A stretch of DNA of 33,571 nucleotides, taken from NCBI GenBank assembly GCA_011364925.1, contig RDOA01000042.1:1-33571 (forward strand), in the 5' to 3' direction. Below, in pieces: positions 27,297 to 33,571 of the stretch. The notes under the pieces are model-generated. The model was not told the DNA's origin. It worked only from the letters and a program-made list of their open reading frames with translations, and searched no databases. The DNA comes from Promethearchaeota archaeon. Its GTDB lineage: Archaea > Asgardarchaeota > Lokiarchaeia > Sigyniarchaeales > SOKP01. Each line of letters opens with the position of its first letter. Position 1 is the first letter of the stretch. The translations under genes were made by a program, and so were the position numbers.

Positions 27297-28205
27297 ATGA
27301 GCGATAATAATTCCAAAAGGTTCGTCGTTTTTGACGGCAAAAAAATTCATGTAGAAGAAGGATGCCTTTATCTCGTCGATCGTAATATTCAAAACATCGA
27401 AGATATAGAAGGACTCGCAGATCTCCCCGATTTAAAAAAAATATGCCTTAACCTTAATAATATCTCTGAAATTAACGGTCTTGACTCCCTTGTAAACCTT
27501 GAAGAGTTACAATTGCGTTCCAACAAAATTGAAGTAATATCCGGGCTTGAAAACCTTAAAAGTTTAAAGATTCTTAAACTGGAATACAATAACATCAAAA
27601 AGATTTCTGGACTCGACACACTGGAGAATCTTGAATATCTAACCCTCGGAGCGAATAAAATTACGAAAATTGAAGGGCTCGATAACCTTAAAAACTTGAA
27701 ATACTTGTCCTTTGCTGATTCTGCTGAAGGATATGGCAATTACATAAAAAAAGTTGAAGGATTAGATACTCTGGTTAATCTAGAAACTCTTGATTTAAGT
27801 TGCAACCAAATTGAGTCTATAAGTGGGCTGACTCAACTATCAAACTTGAGAGCGTTAGACCTTTTCGAAAATAACATAACAAGCATTGATGGGTTAGAAA
27901 ACCTCTCAAAATTACAAGACTTAAATCTTAATAATAACCAGATCTTAAGCCTTAATAGACTACAGGGGCTATCAAACCTAGAAATCTTAAGATTATCTGA
28001 AAATAAAATTAGCCAAATCAGAGATTTAAGTAATCTCGACTCGTTAGTTGTTCTTAAACTTAATTACAATTCAATTACTCATGTGAATGATATCAAAGTG
28101 GGGAAAAACTTGCGTGAAATCTATTTTACTGGAAATCCCGTTTCCCATGAAGATCTAGAAGGATTAGGAATTAGAAAAGACGGTAAAGTCGTGTACTTCA
28201 AGTAA
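27297..28205 (+). CDS. Leucine-rich repeat protein (SDS22-like 22-aa repeats)
   Basis: About 11-12 repeats of LxxLxxLxLxxNxIxxIxGLxx; ends with an LREIYFTGNPV cap. Confidence 0.95.
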   Translation: MSDNNSKRFVVFDGKKIHVEEGCLYLVDRNIQNIEDIEGLADLPDLKKICLNLNNISEINGLDSLVNLEELQLRSNKIEVISGLENLKSLKILKLEYNNIKKISGLDTLENLEYLTLGANKITKIEGLDNLKNLKYLSFADSAEGYGNYIKKVEGLDTLVNLETLDLSCNQIESISGLTQLSNLRALDLFENNITSIDGLENLSKLQDLNLNNNQILSLNRLQGLSNLEILRLSENKISQIRDLSNLDSLVVLKLNYNSITHVNDIKVGKNLREIYFTGNPVSHEDLEGLGIRKDGKVVYFK

Positions 28206-28225
28206 TTTCTCAACTGATTTTACTC

Positions 28226-28246
28226 GAGATCGAGATATTCGATCTC
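28226..28246. promoter_or_regulatory. Palindromic operator 1: GAGATCGA-N5-TCGATCTC
   Basis: Perfect 8-bp arms just upstream of a TATA-like TTTATTA (28254-28260). Confidence 0.65.
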
Positions 28247-28289
28247 CGATATATTTATTAAGGTGTCTTTTCTTATATTAAATATATAT

Positions 28290-28309
28290 GAAATCGAATA
28301 TTCGATTTC
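28290..28309. promoter_or_regulatory. Palindromic operator 2: GAAATCGAATATTCGATTTC
   Basis: Perfect 20-bp palindrome ending 22 bp before the PadR ATG; same half-site as operator 1. Confidence 0.75.
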
Positions 28310-28331
28310 GATATATAGGTGAAAATTAAAA

Positions 28332-28988
28332 ATGTTCTTTGGTAAACGATTTAGTGGACATGAAAGTGGAATTGTATCTGGATTAGATATCTTAGTTCTT
28401 TCTATTATAGAAAATTACGACGGTATCTCGGGGTACGATTTGATTAGAAGCATCAACGATAAGTTCGAAAAACTATGGCATGCTTCACCCGGAACCATCT
28501 ATCCTTTGCTTAATCGATTATCTAACCGAGGCTTTATTGAAATGGAGATGGTAGTTAAAAATAATCGTAATCTAAAATTGTATAGGATAACTGAGTTGGG
28601 TAAAAAGAAATTAAAAGAAGTTCTCAAGAGCAACTTAGAACCAAGTATCGACACTCTGGGGGAATACCTCAGAACTATCGTACAGACTTGGAGTCCCAAC
28701 GAAGAGAGAATACATAGTATAATGTCTTGTTTCCCGTACCATCGTGAGCAATTTCATAGACAAATTGATGAAGAAGATTATTCAATTGCAAACATTGAAC
28801 GTGTCGAAAGAATATTAAGTGAACTTAATTTTACTGAAAAAAGGCTTTCAAAAAGACTAGAGCACATTAAAGGTAGAATTTCTCATTTTGAAGGAATATT
28901 AGAGGAATTGAAAAGTAAAAGAGAAGAGAATACAAGAAAGATAGAAATCCTTGACGAAGAAGAATACGATGATTTCAAAAAATTTTAG
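28332..28988 (+). CDS. PadR-family transcriptional regulator with C-terminal coiled coil
   Basis: SGYDLI, SPGTIYPLLNRL...GFI and KLYRITELG; AGGTGA RBS. Confidence 0.93.
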   Translation: MFFGKRFSGHESGIVSGLDILVLSIIENYDGISGYDLIRSINDKFEKLWHASPGTIYPLLNRLSNRGFIEMEMVVKNNRNLKLYRITELGKKKLKEVLKSNLEPSIDTLGEYLRTIVQTWSPNEERIHSIMSCFPYHREQFHRQIDEEDYSIANIERVERILSELNFTEKRLSKRLEHIKGRISHFEGILEELKSKREENTRKIEILDEEEYDDFKKF

Positions 28989-29037
28989 TTTTCACCACCC
29001 ATATCCAACTATAGAATTGAGAAAAGAGGTAAAAAAA

Positions 29038-29508
29038 ATGTGTGATGATAGGCATTATGGCCATAGGCAAATGCATGGTTGTTTCTCATTTAGCCCAAGA
29101 GACGTAGCAAGAATGAAGCGAATGGCTCATCAATTCATGGGAAGCTTCATGGGGAGCTATATCCACCATAACATCGAAGATTTAGGAGACGAGTACTTAA
29201 TCACAGTACCACTACCAGGTCGAACTAAGGAAGATGTAACAGTTTCTCTTATTAATAAACATTTAAATATTAAAGCATCAAAGCCAAAAATTCCAGAACA
29301 TGAAAAAGTCAAAAAAGAACCTGAAGAACAAGGATTCCCATTCATGTTTAGAGGCTTCACCTTTATAGATGTAAACATGGATGTCCCACTTCCTGCGGAC
29401 GCTGATGAAAATAAAATTTCGTCTAAAATGGTTAATGGACTTTTAAGGGTTATAATAGGAAAAAAACCAGCAAAACCAATAGATATTAGTGAAGAACCAA
29501 ATAATTAA
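29038..29508 (+). CDS. Small heat-shock protein (Hsp20/alpha-crystallin)
   Basis: YLITVPLPGRTKEDV and PLP....ISSKMVNGLLRVII. ATG 29038 follows a GAGGT RBS and is preferred over TTG 28951. Confidence 0.9.
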   Translation: MCDDRHYGHRQMHGCFSFSPRDVARMKRMAHQFMGSFMGSYIHHNIEDLGDEYLITVPLPGRTKEDVTVSLINKHLNIKASKPKIPEHEKVKKEPEEQGFPFMFRGFTFIDVNMDVPLPADADENKISSKMVNGLLRVIIGKKPAKPIDISEEPNN

Positions 29509-29530
29509 AAATGTATTGGTAATAAAAAGC

Positions 29531-29604
29531 GGAGCACTTTAGATTTAAATTACTTTACAACTGATTAAGAGTTTTCAAGTTAGATTATAACTCTAAAGCA
29601 CTCC
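29531..29604. other. Long imperfect hairpin downstream of Hsp20
   Basis: 13-bp arms GGAGCACTTTAGA / TCTAAAGCACTCC, 11 of 13 Watson-Crick. Confidence 0.6.
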
Positions 29605-29615
29605 AATTAATAATA

Positions 29616-29630
29616 TTTTTTTTCTTTTTT
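29616..29630 (+). terminator. Oligo-T terminator of the PadR-Hsp20 unit
   Basis: TTTTTTTTCTTTTTT tract after the hairpin; archaeal terminators are U-rich. Confidence 0.5.
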
Positions 29631-29766
29631 AATCTTGTTTAATAGCACTTAATTAAATTCAATACTTTAAGGATTTTTTATCACAATTCTGACTTATTTT
29701 TACTTAAAATTTATAATTTTGAAATTTAAAATATTAGTAATTGAATTTAATTTAAACAGATAAATT

Positions 29767-32352
29767 ATGAATAGAAGTAAATTGAAAAAAGTAAAAACTC
29801 ACCCCGTAAATTATGTCCTACTAGCAGTATCTCTTATTATATTTGGATCTTTAGGTTTAATCTTCATAACTCAGATGGAACTTCAACCAGGTTGGTTATG
29901 GGAAGAAGTTAGGAATGAAAATTCAATGACGATGTCAATTATTCGAGCTGACGACCTTAACGAAGAAAAAGACGGGTTTTTAGATATAATAGCCTATAGT
30001 GATGTCAGGTGGCAAGATCACAGAAAAGCAGATGACCCTAATGACATTCCTAATTATGGGAAAATTTTTGCTTTAGATGGTTTAACTGGAGAAAGAATTT
30101 GGGTCAAAGATTGCGAAAATCCAGTGAAAGGTGTATTTGAAGTAATGGATGTAAATGGAGACGGTTACAAAGATTATTTTGCAGACATTGCCTCAGTGGA
30201 GTCGGAATGGGACGATCGCAATCCTAAAATTATTCCTGATGAATTTACTAACATTTTAATTCGTGGCGATAACGGATCGGATATTCCAATACTTACTGGT
30301 GATCATCGTAGTTTTACTAATTTTTTCGTACCCGATTTAGTTTATTTAGAAGATCTAAACGATGAAAAGCCCGATCTAGTAATTATAGAATGCGAAAACA
30401 GGACTAGTGTAGGTAATGAATATTTTATTAATGTATCTAGCTATTTCGTAAATGGAACAAAGTTTAGCACATTCTACATAGACTATAGTTATATTGGAGA
30501 TCTAGAGGCAATACCAGCACTTGAATTATTCCCTTATGGTAATCAAGATCACATCCTATTTTTAGATAAAAATAAAATCATGCTGTTGAATAATAGTGCC
30601 TTAAATTTCTTGAATCCAATATATAATGAAACCGTAATGGATTACACAAGTGAATATTCAGTTTTAGAGGACATAAATGGTGATAATGTCCCGGAAATAA
30701 TAATAACAACGCAAGAGGGAAATGTTACAATAGTAAGCGGAATTGATGGAACTGTTATGAGAACATTCAACCTCCCTCGAGAGTTAGAATACCGGAATTA
30801 CAGAATTGATACAATTGGTTCTAATCCAAGCGATCAAGAAGCAATTGTAATGTTCTGGGCAGAATATGGAGAGGAATTTGTTCCTTGGAGAGAAGCTCAA
30901 ATATTAATCTACACAATAACAGGCACTTTTGAAACACTTTTGCAGGCAATCTATGATCGAACAGAAGAGGACATAATGAGAATCTTCCCATTAGGAGAGG
31001 ATATGAACGGAGATTCTATTGATGAAGTCGTCCTTTTTGAAAGAATTGTACCATACTATGCAACTAACGAAGTTCGACGTTTTAGGATAATCAATATAGT
31101 TGACATGGAAGATTTTGCAGTCATAAATATTGACCAAGGCGGAGAATTTTTCTTACCTTTGCAAGATTTTAACGGAGATGGGAAGGGAGACTTTCTTATG
31201 GCATCTGATGATATAGTCGTTGCCCTAGCTTCTTCAAAACCACAATCGTTGTGGCAATCTCCTTACTTCCCTTTAGGATTTCCGCTTTTTATTATCCTTA
31301 TAGCAATGTTGTGTATTGGAATACTTCTAGTTATCTTAAAAGGTCGGCAATTAAGTTATAGTAGAAAAAAGATTAAGGAACACAAACTAACTGTTGTCGT
31401 AAATGTAGCTGCTGTAGCACTGATTTCACTAACATTTTTAATGTTTCTGATACAACTTAATATTTTTAATAACACTCTGATTCTTGGTCAAAATATGACA
31501 ACAATTGTAATAAGTTTCTTAACAGTTCTAATAACATGGTACGGTGCTTTGCCATTAACTGCGGCACTATACAATCGATTTGCGCCCAGATTTGCCTATA
31601 CATTCATAAAGTTGCGTTCTTTGTTTTTCAAGATATCGAGGAACTACCATACTGACATATTAGTAATCGATATGAAGAACCGTAAAGAAATAGGTACAAT
31701 CATCCAACTAAAAAGAGTTATTTTGCCTTTATTGCTGTCTATAGCAATAGGTTTCTATGCGTATGGATTAATAGCTCCGATTTTTGGTTTTCCTTCAGAA
31801 TTTGAGGTTTTTGGATCAACAGAATTTTTCCAATTCATGAATGGTTATATCCTATGTTGTATTTTTCCGATGATTTTGACATTTCTGATATTTTCCTTCT
31901 TCATTTCAGGTAATTTCCTCTTGGATGATGCTGGAATAGTCTATTTTCGCCAATCCAAAAAATACCGGCAACCGGGAGATATCGAACCAATTAGTATATG
32001 GGCACAATCAATCGTAAAGGGTATAGCAGGAACTTCTGCAATAATAACATTAATCGGATTTTTAACAACGGTAGATTTTACCGGCTTCTTTGAAGATCAA
32101 GACAGTTTCACCGGATTAATCTTAATGTTTTTAATAATCTTAGTTTTCTTCATTGGAATTCCATTTTTAACCGCTTTTTCATATATCCTTTTATCAGGCG
32201 AAGTAATGGAATTTTCTATGGATTTCAACACGCAAAAACTATATTCTTTGATGGAAAAGAAAGGATACGACACGACTCCAAGAGATATTACCAATCTCTA
32301 TCCTGAAGGATTTATTGGACGAAATAATAACACTAACCATCGAGAATTATAA
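29767..32352 (+). CDS. FG-GAP/VCBS-repeat beta-propeller protein fused to a C-terminal ~7-TM domain
   Basis: N-terminal signal/anchor; Ca-binding DxNGDG-type repeats (DLNEEKDGFLD, DVNGDGYKD, DLNDEKPD, DINGDNVPE, DMNGDSIDE, DFNGDGKGD); seven hydrophobic segments in the last ~360 aa. Confidence 0.85.
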   Translation: MNRSKLKKVKTHPVNYVLLAVSLIIFGSLGLIFITQMELQPGWLWEEVRNENSMTMSIIRADDLNEEKDGFLDIIAYSDVRWQDHRKADDPNDIPNYGKIFALDGLTGERIWVKDCENPVKGVFEVMDVNGDGYKDYFADIASVESEWDDRNPKIIPDEFTNILIRGDNGSDIPILTGDHRSFTNFFVPDLVYLEDLNDEKPDLVIIECENRTSVGNEYFINVSSYFVNGTKFSTFYIDYSYIGDLEAIPALELFPYGNQDHILFLDKNKIMLLNNSALNFLNPIYNETVMDYTSEYSVLEDINGDNVPEIIITTQEGNVTIVSGIDGTVMRTFNLPRELEYRNYRIDTIGSNPSDQEAIVMFWAEYGEEFVPWREAQILIYTITGTFETLLQAIYDRTEEDIMRIFPLGEDMNGDSIDEVVLFERIVPYYATNEVRRFRIINIVDMEDFAVINIDQGGEFFLPLQDFNGDGKGDFLMASDDIVVALASSKPQSLWQSPYFPLGFPLFIILIAMLCIGILLVILKGRQLSYSRKKIKEHKLTVVVNVAAVALISLTFLMFLIQLNIFNNTLILGQNMTTIVISFLTVLITWYGALPLTAALYNRFAPRFAYTFIKLRSLFFKISRNYHTDILVIDMKNRKEIGTIIQLKRVILPLLLSIAIGFYAYGLIAPIFGFPSEFEVFGSTEFFQFMNGYILCCIFPMILTFLIFSFFISGNFLLDDAGIVYFRQSKKYRQPGDIEPISIWAQSIVKGIAGTSAIITLIGFLTTVDFTGFFEDQDSFTGLILMFLIILVFFIGIPFLTAFSYILLSGEVMEFSMDFNTQKLYSLMEKKGYDTTPRDITNLYPEGFIGRNNNTNHREL

Positions 32353-32865
32353 TTTTTTTTCTTTATTTTTCTTTTTGTACTTCATCACTAGATACATAAA
32401 ATATAAGACAATAGCAGCAAGAAAACAATATCCACAGAAATTATAAATGATATTAGATACCAAATCCGATGTGTTTAAGAGTGGATTGAACTTTAAAGGG
32501 AAAAATGGTTGCATATCAGAATACAGTGGAGCATCTAGTAGAAGGTGCGTATAAATTCCAATAATGGAAGCGGCTAAAACTCTCACGAATGAAAATTTTT
32601 GCTCAATTTTAAAAAAAGCCTTAATTGGGTTCAAAATAGGGCTTACTTTATACATAATCAACGAAAGTGGGATAATGACGATTGTTCCTCCTAAAAATGT
32701 ATGAAAAAACCCATGCAAGGGATAATTCAAATTAAAAATTAAAACGAAGAATGGTTCTATATCCAAAATTACGCTTGCGACCAGTAAAGTAGGGAAATCG
32801 AGGTAATATATAAGGATAATACCAATTACTAAAGCTGGTCCTAAATGGAATGGAGTAAATGGCAT
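32347..32865 (-). CDS. Membrane-bound metal-dependent hydrolase (YdjM-like)
   Basis: MPFTPFH, LDIE, HGFFHT and HLLLD metal-ligand motifs with several TM segments. Confidence 0.85.
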   Translation of the reverse strand: MPFTPFHLGPALVIGIILIYYLDFPTLLVASVILDIEPFFVLIFNLNYPLHGFFHTFLGGTIVIIPLSLIMYKVSPILNPIKAFFKIEQKFSFVRVLAASIIGIYTHLLLDAPLYSDMQPFFPLKFNPLLNTSDLVSNIIYNFCGYCFLAAIVLYFMYLVMKYKKKNKEKKL

Positions 32866-32975
32866 TAATAATATTAATTCATTTCACCTTTATTAATTTT
32901 TAAACAATTGATATTGAAACTGGAAAGTAATAAAACGAAAAAAGAATATTAAAGTTTAAAAAAATGATTTAATAG

Positions 32976-33569
32976 TTATCTTCTAAGTTTCTTGTTTCTA
33001 ATGATTATGAAAACAATAAGAACTATGCTACCAGCAATCGTAATTATCAAAATTAGATAGAATAACCAGTCTGAATTAGAGCTTGTTATTTGATAAATTA
33101 TATTACCACCCAAGTCTTTTACCGTAAAGGAAGACATCATCCCTTTCGTACCATACGAAATTTCGACAGTATAATTTGTTAAACCATAGCGTTCAATAAT
33201 AAGCGTTGATCCATTTATTGTAGCATTTTCGCATCCAAGTTCGCTAACTAAAGTTTCTAAGTAATCAGTCTGAGGATCAGCGATCGCAAGTCCATGTAAA
33301 GCAAGTAGCCAAAGAAAATCATCTGCACTTACAAATGGGAAGGACGCTGATGTAGTTACGTTTAGTTCCATTGCTAAGTCATTATAATCGTCCAACATTG
33401 TTTTAAAATCTAAAGGATTCTGAAGTACTATTATACCGGCTTGAAGCCTTAGACTCTTAAATGCAATATACATATTAAGAATATTCCTATTGCTTGGATC
33501 TTCTTCGTAATCATTTGTTGTATAATTCCATACCGCTCGTAATCCATACCATAAGTTGTAATAATTTGG
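32976..33569 (-). CDS. Surface/secreted protein with C-terminal TM anchor, 5' partial
   Basis: The frame stays open to the window edge (PNYYNLWYGLRAVWNYTT...). It has several N-x-S/T sequons and a C-terminal TM followed by RNKKLRR. Confidence 0.75.
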   Translation of the reverse strand, partial: PNYYNLWYGLRAVWNYTTNDYEEDPSNRNILNMYIAFKSLRLQAGIIVLQNPLDFKTMLDDYNDLAMELNVTTSASFPFVSADDFLWLLALHGLAIADPQTDYLETLVSELGCENATINGSTLIIERYGLTNYTVEISYGTKGMMSSFTVKDLGGNIIYQITSSNSDWLFYLILIITIAGSIVLIVFIIIRNKKLRR

Positions 33570-33571
33570 AT

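Noticed and set aside
27297-28205. LRR gene as a DNA tandem repeat or DGR target
   Set aside because: The repeats are diverged at nucleotide level, and no reverse transcriptase or template repeat is present in the window.
25860-28205. Accessory patch as a mobile element
   Set aside because: No integrase, transposase, terminal repeats or tRNA attachment site was seen.
28951-29037. TTG-started N-terminal extension of Hsp20 overlapping padR
   Set aside because: ATG 29038 has a good RBS and avoids the overlap.
29531-29604. Hairpin as a SECIS element or tRNA
   Set aside because: No in-frame UGA gene is adjacent, no convincing SECIS core was seen, and there is no cloverleaf or T-loop motif.
1772-32294. 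Short overlapping ORFs in the track (e.g. 1772-2065, 3936-4157, 6963-7211, 7436-7627, 7698-7925, 9711-9914, 11927-12118, 12671-12925, 16182-16394, 18705-19013, 20627-20839, 22395-22721, 23500-23703, 23559-23744, 26519-26740, 27389-27739, 28499-28699, 29157-29378, 32097-32294)
   Set aside because: They are antisense or out-of-frame shadows of well-supported genes and carry no recognisable motifs.

Overview
AT-rich (roughly 30% GC by eye), gene-dense archaeal window. Gene content and style (IorAB, split PurS/PurQ/small PurL, SDS22-type LRR protein, FG-GAP membrane protein, GGTG-type ribosome-binding sites, T-run terminators) suggest an Asgard archaeon, probably Lokiarchaeia; this is inference. 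In order: a partial 2-hydroxyacyl-CoA dehydratase subunit, a coiled-coil hypothetical, a GH13 amylase, an amino-sugar cluster (glmS, divergent SIS-only paralog, glmM-like mutase), an alpha/alpha-toroid hypothetical, an operon of an alkyl-DHAP-synthase (AGPS)-like flavoprotein + CCG Fe-S protein + FGGY kinase followed by an alpha/beta hydrolase, a MazG-like pyrophosphatase, purC, purSQL, HAD phosphatases, a GNAT, iorAB, an accessory patch (wHTH pseudogene remnant, two membrane proteins, LRR protein), a PadR-Hsp20 unit with twin palindromic operators, an FG-GAP beta-propeller fused to a ~7-TM domain, a metal-dependent membrane hydrolase and a partial surface protein. No rRNA, tRNA, CRISPR array or transposase was recognised. 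The strongest candidates for a new system are the FG-GAP/7TM receptor-like protein and the AGPS-like/Fe-S/kinase operon.
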